The notes below the pieces were generated by a model that was not told the origin of the DNA, did no database searches, and saw only the letters and a program-made list of their open reading frames with translations. Shown piece by piece: positions 9,701 through 24,252 of a DNA stretch of 64,000 bases. Where the stretch lies: positions 108,748,001 to 108,812,000 of the forward strand of contig OZ024740.1 of assembly GCA_964016885.1 (NCBI GenBank), read 5' to 3'. This DNA comes from Eledone cirrhosa. Its lineage: Eukaryota. A program made the position numbers and the translations under genes. Position 1 is the first letter of the stretch; each line of letters opens with the position of its first letter.

Positions 9701-12700
9701 AAATATAGTAATGAAAGGGTTGATGACATAGGCAATATCATCATTAGAAATATAGTAATGAAAGAGTTGATGACATAGGCTGTGTCTTTCATTAGAAATA
9801 TTGTAATGAAAGGGTTGATGACATAGGCAGTGTCTTTCATTAGAAATATAGTAATGAAAGAGTTGATGACATAGGCAGTGTCTTTCATTAGAAATATAGT
9901 AATGAAAGGGTTGATGACATAGGCAGTGTCATCATTAGAAATATAGTAATGAAAGGGTTGATGACATAGGCAGTGTCTTTCATTAGAAATATAGTAATGA
10001 AAGGGTTGATGACATAAGCAGTGTCTTTCATTAGAAATATAGTAATGAAAGGGTTGATGACATAGGCAGTGTCATCATTAGAAATATAGTAATGAAAGGG
10101 TTGATGACATAGGCAGTGTCTTTCATTAGAAATATAGTAATGAAAGGGTTGATGACATAAGCAGTGTCTTTCATTAGAAATATAGTAATGAAAGGGTTGA
10201 TGACATAGGCAATATCATCATTAGAAATATAGTAATGAAAGGGTTGATGACATAGGCAGTGTCTTTCATTAGAAATATAGTAATGAAAGAGTTGATGACA
10301 TAGGCTGTGTCTTTCATTAGAAATATTGTAATGAAAGGGTTGATGACATAGGCAGTGTCTTTCATTAGAAATATAGTAATGAAAGGGTTGATGACATAGG
10401 CAGTGTCTTTCATTAGAAATATTGTAATGAATGGATTAATGACATAGGCAGTGTCATCATTAGAAATATTGTAATGAAAGGGTTGATGACATAGGCAGTG
10501 TCTTTCATTAGAAATGAGGTAAGTAAAGGGTTGATGACATAGGCAGTGTCTTTCATTAGAAATATTGTAATGAATGGATTAATGACATAGGCAGTGTCTT
10601 TCATTAGAAATATAGTAATGAAAGGGTTGATGACATAGGCAGTGTCTTTCATTAGAAATATAGTAATGAAAGGGTTGATGACATAGGCAGTGTCTTTCAT
10701 TAGAAATATTGTAATGAAAGGGTTGATGACATAGGCAGTCTATTTCATTAGAAATATAGTAATGAAAGGGTTGATGACATAAGCAGTGTCTTTCATTAGA
10801 AATATAGTAATGAAAGGGTTGATGACATAGGCAATATCATCATTAGAAATATAGTAATGAAAGGGTTGATGACATAGGCAGTGTCTTTCATTAGAAATAT
10901 AGTAATGAAAGAGTTGATGACATAGGCTGTGTCTTTCATTAGAAATATTGTAATGAAAGGGTTGATGACATAGGCAGTGTCTTTCATTAGAAATATAGTA
11001 ATGAAAGGGTTGATGACATAGGCAGTGTCTTTCATTAGAAATATTGTAATGAATGGATTAATGACATAGGCAGTGTCATCATTAGAAATATTGTAATGAA
11101 AGGGTTGATGACATAGGCAGTGTCTTTCATTAGAAATGAGGTAAGTAAAGGGTTGATGACATAGGCAGTGTCTTTCATTAGAAATATTGTAATGAATGGA
11201 TTAATGACATAGGCAGTGTCTTTCATTAGAAATATAGTAATGAAAGGGTTGATGACATAGGCAGTGTCTTTCATTAGAAATGTAGTAATGAAAGGGTTGA
11301 TGACATAGGCAGTGTCTTTCATTAGAAATATTGTAATGAAAGGGTTGATGACATAGGCAGTCTATTTCATTAGAAATATAGTAATGAAAGGGTTGATGAC
11401 ATAGGCAGTGTCTTTCTTTAGAAATATAGTAATGAAAGGGTTGATGACATAGGCAGTGTCTTTCATTAGAAATATAGTAATGAAAGGGTTGATGACATAG
11501 GCAGTGTCTTTCATTAGAAATATAGTAATGAAAGAGTTGATGACATAGGCTGTGTCTTTCATTAGAAATATTGTAATGAAAGGGTTGATGACATAGGCAG
11601 TGTCTTTCATTAGAAATATAGTAATGAAAGAGTTGATGACATAGGCAGTGTCTTTCATTAGAAATATAGTAATGAAAGGGTTGATGACATAGGCAGTGTC
11701 ATCATTAGAAATATAGTAATGAAAGGGTTGATGACATAGGCAGTGTCTTTCATTAGAAATATAGTAATGAAAGGGTTGATGACATAAGCAGTGTCTTTCA
11801 TTAGAAATATAGTAATGAAAGGGTTGATGACATAGGCAATATCATCATTAGAAATATAGTAATGAAAGGGTTGATGACATAGGCAGTGTCTTTCATTAGA
11901 AATATAGTAATGAAAGAGTTGATGACATAGGCTGTGTCTTTCATTAGAAATATTGTAATGAAAGGGTTGATGACATAGGCAGTGTCTTTCATTAGAAATA
12001 TAGTAATGAAAGGGTTGATGACATAGGCAGTGTCTTTCATTAGAAATATTGTAATGAATGGATTAATGACATAGGCAGTGTCATCATTAGAAATATTGTA
12101 ATGAAAGGGTTGATGACATAGGCAGTGTCTTTCATTAGAAATGAGGTAAGTAAAGGGTTGATGACATAGTCAGTGTCTTTCATTAGAAATATTGTAATGA
12201 ATGGATTAATGACATAGGCAGTGTCTTTCATTAGAAATATAGTAATGAAAGGGTTGATGACATAGGCAGTGTCTTTCATTAGAAATATTGTAATGAAAGG
12301 GTTGATGACATAGGCAGTCTATTTCATTAGAAATATAGTAATGAAAGGGTTGATGACATAGGCAGTGTCTTTCATTAGAAATATAGTAATGAAAGGGTTG
12401 ATGACATAGGCAGTGTCATCATTAGAAATATAGTAATGAAAGGGTTGATGACATAGGCAGTGTCTTTCATTAGAAATATAGTAATGAAAGGGTTGATGAC
12501 ATAAGCAGTGTCTTTCATTAGAAATATAGTAATGAAAGGGTTGATGACATAGGCAATATCATCATTAGAAATATAGTAATGAAAGGGTTGATGACATAGG
12601 CAGTGTCTTTCATTAGAAATATAGTAATGAAAGAGTTGATGACATAGGCTGTGTCTTTCATTAGAAATATTGTAATGAAAGGGTTGATGACATAGGCAGT

Positions 12701-14190
12701 GTCTTTCATTAGAAATATAGTAATGAAAGGGTTGATGACATAGGCAGTGTCTTTCATTAGAAATATTGTAATGAATGGATTAATGACATAGGCAGTGTCA
12801 TCATTAGAAATATTGTAATGAAAGGGTTGATGACATAGGCAGTGTCTTTCATTAGAAATGAGGTAAGTAAAGGGTTGATGACATAGTCAGTGTCTTTCAT
12901 TAGAAATATTGTAATGAATGGATTAATGACATAGGCAGTGTCTTTCATTAGAAATATAGTAATGAAAGGGTTGATGACATAGGCAGTGTCTTTCATTAGA
13001 AATATAGTAATGAAAGGGTTGATGACATAGGCAGTGTCTTTCATTAGAAATATTGTAATGAAAGGGTTGATGACATAGGCAGTCTATTTCATTAGAAATA
13101 TAGTAATGAAAGGGTTGATGACATAGGCAGTGTCTTTCTTTAGAAATATAGTAATGAAAGGGTTGATGACATAGGCAGTGTCTTTCATTAGAAATATAGT
13201 AATGAAAGGGTTGATGACATAGGCAGTGTCTTTCATTAGAAATATAGTAATGAAAGGGTTGATGACATAAGCAGTGTCTTTCATTAGAAATATAGTAATG
13301 AAAGGGTTGATGACATAGGCAATATCATCATTAGAAATATAGTAATGAAAGGGTTGATGACATAGGCAGTGTCTTTCATTAGAAATATAGTAATGAAAGA
13401 GTTGATGACATAGGCTGTGTCTTTCATTAGAAATATTGTAATGAAAGGGTTGATGACATAGGCAGTGTCTTTCATTAGAAATATTGTAATGAAAGGGTTG
13501 ATGACATAGGCAGTGTCTTTCATTAGAAATATAGTAATGAAAGGGTTGATGACATAGGCAGTGTCATCATTAGAAATATAGTAATGAAAGGGTTGATGAC
13601 ATAGGCAGTGTCTTTCATTAGAAATATAGTAATGAAAGGGTTGATGACATAGGCAGTGTCTTTCATTAGAAATATAGTAATGAAAGAGTTGATGACATAG
13701 GCTGTGTCTTTCATTAGAAATATTGTAATGAAAGGGTTGATGACATAGGCAGTGTCTTTCATTAGAAATATAGTAATGAAAGGGTTGATGACATAGGCAG
13801 TGTCTTTCATTAGAAATATTGTAATGAATGGATTAATGACATAGGCAGTGTCATCATTAGAAATATTGTAATGAAAGGGTTGATGACATAGGCAGTGTCT
13901 TTCATTAGAAATGAAGTAAGTAAAGGGTTGATGACATAGGCAGTGTCTTTCATTAGAAATATTGTAATGAATGGATTAATGACATAGGCAGTGTCTTTCA
14001 TTAGAAATATAGTAATGAAAGGGTTGATGACATAGGCAGTGTCTTTCATTAGAAATATAGTAATGAAAGGGTTGATGACATAGGCAGTGTCTTTCATTAG
14101 AAATATTGTAATGAAAGGGTTGATGACATAGGCAGTCTATTTCATTAGAAATATAGTAATGAAAGGGTTGATGACATAGGCAGTGTCTTT

Positions 14191-15240
14191 CATTAGAAAT
14201 ATTGTACTGAATGGATTAATGACATAGGCAGTATCATCATTAGAAATATAGTAATGAAAGGGTTGATGACATAGGCAGTGTCATCATTAGAAATATAGTA
14301 ATGAAAGGGTTGATGACATAGGCAGTGTCTTTCATTAGAAATATAGTAATGAAAGGGTTGATGACATAGGCAGTGTCATCATTAGAAATATTGTACTGAA
14401 TGGATTAATGACATAGGCAGTGTCTTTCATTAGAAATATTGTAATGAAAGGGTTGATGACACAGGCAGTGTCTTTCATTAGAAATATTGTACTGAAAGGG
14501 TTGATGACATAGGCAGTGTGATCATTAGAAATATAATAATGAAAGGGTTGATGACATAGGCTGTGTCTTTCATTAGAAATATTGTACTGAATGGATTAAT
14601 GACATAGGCAGTGTCTTTCCTTAGAAATATAGTAATGAAAGGGTTGATGACATAGGCAGTGTCTTTCATTAGAAATATAGTAATGAAAGGGTTGATGACA
14701 TAGGCAGTGTCTTTCATTAGAAATATAGTAATGAAAGGGTTGATGACATAGGCAGTGTCTTTCATTAGAAATATTGTAATGAAAGGGTTGATGACATAGG
14801 CAGTGTCTTTCATTAGAAATATAGTAATGAAAGGGTTGATGACATAGGCAGTGTCTTTCATTAGAAATATAGTAATGAAAGGGTTGATGACATAAGCAAT
14901 GTCTTTCATTAGAAATATAGTAATGAAAGGGTTGATGACATAGGCAGTGTCTTTCATTAGAAATATAGTAATGAAAGGGTTGATGACATAGGCAGTGTCT
15001 TTCATTAGAAATATAGTAATGAAAGGGTTGATGACATAGGCAGTGTCTTTCATTAGAAATATAGTAATGAAAGGGTTGATGACATAGGCAGTCTTTCTTT
15101 AGAAATATAGTAATGAAAGGGTTGATGACATAGGCAGTGTCTTTCATTAGAAATATAGTGATGAAAGGGTTGATGACATAGGCAGTGTCTTTTATTAGAA
15201 ATATGGTAATGAAAGGGTTGATGACATAGGCAGTGTCTTT
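14191..15240. repeat. Divergent cassette, copy 2 of 3 (one extra monomer)
   Basis: Same ordered rare variants as 5775-6776 at offset 8,416. Confidence 0.92.
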
Positions 15241-17774
15241 CATTAGAAATATAGTAATGAAAGGGTTGATGACATAGGCAGTGTCATCATTAGAAATATA
15301 GTAATGAAAGGGTTGATGACATAGGCAGTGTCTTTCATTAGAAATATAGTAATGAAAGGGTTGATGACATAAGCAGTGTCTTTCATTAGAAATATAGTAA
15401 TGAAAGGGTTGATGACATAGGCAATATCATCATTAGAAATATAGTAATGAAAGGGTTGATGACATAGGCAGTGTCTTTCATTAGAAATATAGTAATGAAA
15501 GAGTTGATGACATAGGCTGTGTCTTTCATTAGAAATATTGTAATGAAAGGGTTGATGACATAGGCAGTGTCTTTCATTAGAAATATAGTAATGAAAGGGT
15601 TGATGACATAGGCAGTGTCTTTCATTAGAAATATTGTAATGAATGGATTAATGACATAGGCAGTGTCATCATTAGAAATATTGTAATGAAAGGGTTGATG
15701 ACATAGGCAGTGTCTTTCATTAGAAATGAGGTAAGTAAAGGGTTGATGACATAGGCAGTGTCTTTCATTAGAAATATTGTAATGAATGGATTAATGACAT
15801 AGGCAGTGTCTTTCATTAGAAATATAGTAATGAAAGGGTTGATGACATAGGCAGTGTCTTTCGTTAGAAATATAGTAATGAAAGGGTTGATGACATAGGC
15901 AGTGTCTTTCATTAGAAATATTGTAATGAAAGGGTTGATGACATAGGCAGTCTATTTCATTAGAAATATAGTAATGAAAGGGTTGATGACATAGGCAGTG
16001 TCTTTCTTTAGAAATATAGTAATGAAAGGGTTGATGACATAGGCAGTGTCTTTCATTAGAAATATAGTAATGAAAGGGTTGATGACATAGGCAGTGTCTT
16101 TCATTAGAAATATAGTAATGAAAGGGTTGATGACATAAGCAGTGTCTTTCATTAGAAATATAGTAATGAAAGGGTTGATGACATAGGCAATATCATCTTT
16201 AGAAATATAGTAATGAAAGGGTTGATGACATAGGCAGTGTCTTTCATTAGAAATATAGTAATGAAAGAGTTGATGACATAGGCTGTGTCTTTCATTAGAA
16301 ATATTGTAATGAAAGGGTTGATGACATAGGCAGTGTCTTTCATTAGAAATATTGTAATGAAAGGGTTGATGACATAGGCAGTGTCTTTCATTAGAAATAT
16401 AGTAATGAAAGGGTTGATGACATAGGCAGTGTCATCATTAGAAATATAGTAATGAAAGGGTTGATGACATAGGCAGTGTCTTTCATTAGAAATATAGTAA
16501 TGAAAGGGTTGATGACATAAGCAGTGTCTTTCATTAGAAATATAGTAATGAAAGGGTTGATGACATAGGCAATATCATCATTAGAAATATAGTAATGAAA
16601 GGGTTGATGACATAGGCAGTGTCTTTCATTAGAAATATAGTAATGAAAGAGTTGATGACATAGGCTGTGTCTTTCATTAGAAATATTGTAATGAAAGGGT
16701 TGATGACATAGGCAGTGTCTTTCATTAGAAATATAGTAATGAAAGGGTTGATGACATAGGCAGTGTCTTTCATTAGAAATATTGTAATGAATGGATTAAT
16801 GACATAGGCAGTGTCATCATTAGAAATATTGTAATGAAAGGGTTGATGACATAGGCAGTGTCTTTCATTAGAAATGAGGTAAGTAAAGGGTTGATGACAT
16901 AGGCAGTGTCTTTCATTAGAAATATTGTAATGAATGGATTAATGACATAGGCAGTGTCTTTCATTAGAAATATAGTAATGAAAGGGTTGATGACATAGGC
17001 AGTGTCTTTCATTAGAAATATAGTAATGAAAGGGTTGATGACATAGGCAGTGTCTTTCATTAGAAATATTGTAATGAAAGGGTTGATGACATAGGCAGTC
17101 TATTTCATTAGAAATATAGTAATGAAAGGGTTGATGACATAAGCAGTGTCTTTCACTAGAAATATAGTAATGAAAGGGTTGATGACATAGGCAATATCAT
17201 CATTAGAAATATAGTAATGAAAGGGTTGATGACATAGGCAGTGTCTTTCATTAGAAATATAGTAATGAAAGAGTTGATGACATAGGCTGTGTCTTTCATT
17301 AGAAATATTGTAATGAAAGGGTTGATGACATAGGCAGTGTCTTTCATTAGAAATATAGTAATGAAAGAGTTGATGACATAGGCAGTGTCTTTCATTAGAA
17401 ATATAGTAATGAAAGGGTTGATGACATAGGCAGTGTCATCATTAGAAATATAGTAATGAAAGGGTTGATGACATAGGCAGTGTCTTTCATTAGAAATATA
17501 GTAATGAAAGGGTTGATGACATAAGCAGTGTCTTTCATTAGAAATATAGTAATGAAAGGGTTGATGACATAGGCAATATCATCATTAGAAATATAGTAAT
17601 GAAAGGGTTGATGACATAGGCAGTGTCTTTCATTAGAAATATAGTAATGAAAGAGTTGATGACATAGGCTGTGTCTTTCATTAGAAATATTGTAATGAAA
17701 GGGTTGATGACATAGGCAGTGTCTTTCATTAGAAATATAGTAATGAAAGGGTTGATGACATAGGCAGTGTCTTT

Positions 17775-20640
17775 CATTAGAAATATTGTAATGAATGGAT
17801 TAATGACATAGGCAGTGTCATCATTAGAAATATTGTAATGAAAGGGTTGATGACATAGGCAGTGTCTTTCATTAGAAATGAGGTAAGTAAAGGGTTGATG
17901 ACATAGTCAGTGTCTTTCATTAGAAATATTGTAATGAATGGATTAATGACATAGGCAGTGTCTTTCATTAGAAATATAGTAATGAAAGGGTTGATGACAT
18001 AGGCAGTGTCTTTCATTAGAAATATAGTAATGAAAGGGTTGATGACATAGGCAGTGTCTTTCATTAGAAATATTGTAATGAAAGGGTTGATGACATAGGC
18101 AGTCTATTTCATTAGAAATATAGTAATGAAAGGGTTGATGACATAGGCAGTGTCTTTCTTTAGAAATATAGTAATGAAAGGGTTGATGACATAGGCAGTG
18201 TCTTTCATTAGAAATATAGTAATGAAAGGGTTGATGACATAGGCAGTGTCTTTCATTAGAAATATAGTAATGAAAGGGTTGATGACATAAGCAGTGTCTT
18301 TCATTAGAAATATAGTAATGAAAGGGTTGATGACATAGGCAATATCATCATTAGAAATATAGTAATGAAAGGGTTGATGACATAGGCAGTGTCTTTCATT
18401 AGAAATATAGTAATGAAAGAGTTGATGACATAGGCTGTGTCTTTCATTAGAAATATTGTAATGAAAGGGTTGATGACATAGGCAGTGTCTTTCATTAGAA
18501 ATATTGTAATGAAAGGGTTGATGACATAGGCAGTGTCTTTCATTAGAAATATAGTAATGAAAGGGTTGATGACATAGGCAGTGTCATCATTAGAAATATA
18601 GTAATGAAAGGGTTGATGACATAGGCAGTGTCTTTCATTAGAAATATAGTAATGAAAGGGTTGATGACATAAGCAGTGTCTTTCATTAGAAATATAGTAA
18701 TGAAAGGGTTGATGACATAGGCAGTGTCTTTCATTAGAAATATAGTAATGAAAGGGTTGATGACATAGGCAGTGTCTTTCATTAGAAATATAGTAATGAA
18801 AGAGTTGATGACATAGGCAGTGTCTTTCATTAGAAATATAGTAATGAAAGGGTTGATGACATAAGCAGTGTCTTTCATTAGAAATATAGTAATGAAAGGG
18901 TTGATGACATAGGCAATATCATCTTTAGAAATATAGTAATGAAAGGGTTGATGACATAGGCAGTGTCTTTCATTAGAAATATAGTAATGAAAGAGTTGAT
19001 GACATAGGCTGTGTCTTTCATTAGAAATATTGTAATGAAAGGGTTGATGACATAGGCAGTGTCTTTCATTAGAAATATTGTAATGAAAGGGTTGATGACA
19101 TAGGCAGTGTCTTTCATTAGAAATATAGTAATGAAAGGGTTGATGACATAGGCAGTGTCATCATTAGAAATATAGTAATGAAAGGGTTGATGACATAGGC
19201 AGTGTCTTTCATTAGAAATATAGTAATGAAAGGGTTGATGACATAAGCAGTGTCTTTCATTAGAAATATAGTAATGAAAGGGTTGATGACATAGGCAATA
19301 TCATCATTAGAAATATAGTAATGAAAGGGTTGATGACATAGGCAGTGTCTTTCATTAGAAATATAGTAATGAAAGAGTTGATGACATAGGCTGTGTCTTT
19401 CATTAGAAATATTGTAATGAAAGGGTTGATGACATAGGCAGTGTCTTTCATTAGAAATATAGTAATGAAAGGGTTGATGACATAGGCAGTGTCTTTCATT
19501 AGAAATATTGTAATGAATGGATTAATGACATAGGCAGTGTCATCATTAGAAATATTGTAATGAAAGGGTTGATGACATAGGCAGTGTCTTTCATTAGAAA
19601 TGAGGTAAGTAAAGGGTTGATGACATAGGCAGTGTCTTTCATTAGAAATATTGTAATGAATGGATTAATGACATAGGCAGTGTCTTTCATTAGAAATATA
19701 GTAATGAAAGGGTTGATGACATAGGCAGTGTCTTTCATTAGAAATATAGTAATGAAAGGGTTGATGACATAGGCAGTGTCTTTCATTAGAAATATTGTAA
19801 TGAAAGGGTTGATGACATAGGCAGTCTATTTCATTAGAAATATAGTAATGAAAGGGTTGATGACATAAGCAGTGTCTTTCATTAGAAATATAGTAATGAA
19901 AGGGTTGATGACATAGGCAATATCATCATTAGAAATATAGTAATGAAAGGGTTGATGACATAGGCAGTGTCTTTCATTAGAAATATAGTAATGAAAGAGT
20001 TGATGACATAGGCTGTGTCTTTCATTAGAAATATTGTAATGAAAGGGTTGATGACATAGGCAGTGTCTTTCATTAGAAATATAGTAATGAAAGGGTTGAT
20101 GACATAGGCAGTGTCTTTCATTAGAAATATTGTAATGAATGGATTAATGACATAGGCAGTGTCATCATTAGAAATATTGTAATGAAAGGGTTGATGACAT
20201 AGGCAGTGTCTTTCATTAGAAATGAGGTAAGTAAAGGGTTGATGACATAGGCAGTGTCTTTCATTAGAAATATTGTAATGAATGGATTAATGACATAGGC
20301 AGTGTCTTTCATTAGAAATATAGTAATGAAAGGGTTGATGACATAGGCAGTGTCTTTCATTAGAAATATAGTAATGAAAGGGTTGATGACATAGGCAGTG
20401 TCTTTCATTAGAAATATTGTAATGAAAGGGTTGATGACATAGGCAGTCTATTTCATTAGAAATATAGTAATGAAAGGGTTGATGACATAGGCAGTGTCTT
20501 TCTTTAGAAATATAGTAATGAAAGGGTTGATGACATAGGCAGTGTCTTTCATTAGAAATATAGTAATGAAAGGGTTGATGACATAGGCAGTGTCTTTCAT
20601 TAGAAATATAGTAATGAAAGAGTTGATGACATAGGCTGTG
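17775..20640. repeat. ~2.9 kb intra-array duplication (partner at +9,635; left part also at -15,659)
   Basis: Constant ORF-track offsets: 17777/27412, 18104/27739, 18543/28178, 19260/28895 and 20121/29756; also 2118/17777 and 2884/18543. Boundaries are approximate. Confidence 0.82.
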
Positions 20641-21936
20641 TCTTTCATTAGAAATATAGTAATGAAAGGGTTGATGACATAGGCAGTCTCTTTCATTAGA
20701 AATATAGTAATGAAAGGGTTGATGACATAGGCAGTGTCTTTCATTAGAAATATTGTAATGAAAGGGTTGATGACATAGGCAGTGTCTTTCATTAGAAATA
20801 TAGTAATGAAAGGGTTGATGACATAGGCAGTGTCTTTCATTAGAAATATTGTAATGAAAGGGTTGATGACATAGGCAGTGTCTTTCATTAGAAATATAGT
20901 AATGAAAGGGTTGATGACATAGGCAGTGTCTTTCATTAGAAATATAGTAATGAAAGGGTTGATGACATAGGCAGTATCATCATTAGAAATATAGTAATGA
21001 AAGGGTTGATGACATAGGCAGTGTCTTTCATTAGAAATATAGTAATGAAAGGGTTGATGACATAGGCAGTGTCTTTCATTAGAAATATAGTAATGAAAGG
21101 GTTGATGACACAGGCAGTGTCTTTCATTAGAAATATTGTACTGAAAGGGTTGATGACATAGGCAGTGTCTTTCATTAGAAATATTGTACTGAAAGGGTTG
21201 ATGACATAGGCAGTATCATCATTAGAAATATTGTAATGAAAGGGTTGATGACATAGGCAGTGTCATCATTAGAAATATAGTAATGAAAGGGTTGATGACA
21301 TAGGCAGTGTCTTTCATTAGAAATATTGTAATGAAAGGGTTGATGACATAGGCAGTGTCTTTCATTAGAAATATTGTACTGAAAGGGTTGATGACATAGG
21401 CAGTATCATCATTAGAAATATTGTAATGAAAGGGTTGATGACATAGGCAGTGTCATCATTAGAAATATAGTAATGAAAGGGTTGATGACATAGGCAGTGT
21501 CTTTCATTAGAAATATTGTAATGAAAGGGTTGATGACATAGGCAGTGTCTTTCATTAGAAATATTGTAATGAAAGGGTTGATGACATAGGCAGTGTCTTT
21601 CATTAGAAATATTGTAATGAAAGGGTTGATGACATAGGCAGTGTCTTTCATTAGAAATATAGTAATGAAAGGGTTGATGACATAGGCAGTCTCTTTCATT
21701 AGAAATATAGTAATGAAAGGGTTGATGACATAGGCAGTGTCTTTCATTAGAAATATAGTAATGAAAGGGTTGATGACATAGGCAGTGTCTTTCATTAGAA
21801 ATATAGTAATGAAAGGGTTGATGACATAGGCAGTGTCTTTCATTAGAAATATAGTAATGAAAGGGTTGATGACATAGGCAGTCTCTTTCATTAGAAATAT
21901 AGTAATAAAAGGGTTGATGACATAGGCAGTGTCTTT

Positions 21937-22006
21937 CATATGAAGGGGTTGATGACATAGGCAGTGTCTTTCATATGAAGGGGTTGATGACATAGGCAGT
22001 GTCTTT
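21937..22006. repeat. Pair of 35-bp deletion monomers, copy 2
   Basis: Identical to 4461-4530 at offset 17,476, with shared flanking variants (GTCTCT, TAATAAAAG, AAATGTTG, TATGG). Confidence 0.95.
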
Positions 22007-23250
22007 CATTAGAAATATAGTAATGAAAGGGTTGATGACATAGGCAGTGTCTTTCATTAGAAATATTGTAATGAAAGGGTTGATGACATAGGCAGTGTCT
22101 TTCATTAGAAATATTGTAATGAAAGGGTTGATGACATAGGCAGTGTCTTTCATTAGAAATGTTGTAATGAAAGGGTTGATGACATAGGCAGTGTCTTTCA
22201 TTAGAAATATTGTAATGAAAGGGTTGATGACATAGGCAGTGTCTTTCATTAGAAATATAGTAATGAAAGGGTTGATGACATAGGCAGTGTCTTTCATTAG
22301 AAATATTGTAATGAAAGGGTTGATGACATAGGCAGTGTCATCATTAGAAATATAGTAATGAAAGGGTTGATGACATAGGCAGTGTCTTTCTTTAGAAATA
22401 TGGTAATGAAAGGGTTGATGACATAGGCAGTGTCTTTCATTAGAAATATAGTAATGAAAGGGTTGATGACATAGGCAGTGTCTTTCATTAGAAATATAGT
22501 AATGAAAGGGTTGATGACATAGGCAGTGTCTTTCATTAGAAATATAGTAATGAAAGGGTTGATGACATAGGCAGTGTCATCATTAGAAATATAGTAATGA
22601 AAGGGTTGATGACATAGGCAGTGTCTTTCATTAGAAATATAGTAATGAAAGGGTTGATGACATAGGCAATATCATCATTAGAAATATAGTAATGAAAGGG
22701 TTGATGACATAGGCAGTGTCTTTCATTAGAAATATAGTAATGAAAGAGTTGATGACATAGGCTGTGTCTTTCATTAGAAATATTGTAATGAAAGGGTTGA
22801 TGACATAGGCAGTGTCTTTCATTAGAAATATAGTAATGAAAGGGTTGATGACATAGGCAGTGTCTTTCATTAGAAATATTGTAATGAATGGATTAATGAC
22901 ATAGGCAGTGTCATCATTAGAAATATTGTAATGAAAGGGTTGATGACATAGGCAGTGTCTTTCATTAGAAATGAAGTAAGTAAAGGGTTGATGACATAGG
23001 CAGTGTCTTTCATTAGAAATATTGTAATGAATGGATTAATGACATAGGCAGTGTCTTTCATTAGAAATATAGTAATGAAAGGGTTGATGACATAGGCAGT
23101 GTCTTTCATTAGAAATATAGTAATGAAAGGGTTGATGACATAGGCAGTGTCTTTCATTAGAAATATTGTAATGAAAGGGTTGATGACATAGGCAGTCTAT
23201 TTCATTAGAAATATAGTAATGAAAGGGTTGATGACATAGGCAGTGTCTTT

Positions 23251-24252
23251 CATTAGAAATATTGTACTGAATGGATTAATGACATAGGCAGTATCATCAT
23301 TAGAAATATAGTAATGAAAGGGTTGATGACATAGGCAGTGTCATCATTAGAAATATAGTAATGAAAGGGTTGATGACATAGGCAGTGTCTTTCATTAGAA
23401 ATATAGTAATGAAAGGGTTGATGACATAGGCAGTGTCATCATTAGAAATATTGTACTGAATGGATTAATGACATAGGCAGTGTCTTTCATTAGAAATATT
23501 GTAATGAAAGGGTTGATGACACAGGCAGTGTCTTTCATTAGAAATATTGTACTGAAAGGGTTGATGACATAGGCAGTGTGATCATTAGAAATATAATAAT
23601 GAAAGGGTTGATGACATAGGCTGTGTCTTTCATTAGAAATATTGTACTGAATGGATTAATGACATAGGCAGTGTCTTTCCTTAGAAATATAGTAATGAAA
23701 GGGTTGATGACATAGGCAGTGTCTTTCATTAGAAATATAGTAATGAAAGGGTTGATGACATAGGCAGTGTCTTTCATTAGAAATATAGTAATGAAAGGGT
23801 TGATGACATAGGCAGTGTCTTTCATTAGAAATATTGTAATGAAAGGGTTGATGACATAGGCAGTGTCTTTCATTAGAAATATAGTAATGAAAGGGTTGAT
23901 GACATAGGCAGTGTCTTTCATTAGAAATATAGTAATGAAAGGGTTGATGACATAAGCAATGTCTTTCATTAGAAATATAGTAATGAAAGGGTTGATGACA
24001 TAGGCAGTGTCTTTCATTAGAAATATAGTAATGAAAGGGTTGATGACATAGGCAGTGTCTTTCATTAGAAATATAGTAATGAAAGGGTTGATGACATAGG
24101 CAGTCTTTCTTTAGAAATATAGTAATGAAAGGGTTGATGACATAGGCAGTGTCTTTCATTAGAAATATAGTGATGAAAGGGTTGATGACATAGGCAGTGT
24201 CTTTTATTAGAAATATGGTAATGAAAGGGTTGATGACATAGGCAGTGTCTTT
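23251..24252. repeat. Divergent cassette, copy 3 of 3
   Basis: Same ordered rare variants as 5775-6776 at offset 17,476. Confidence 0.92.
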
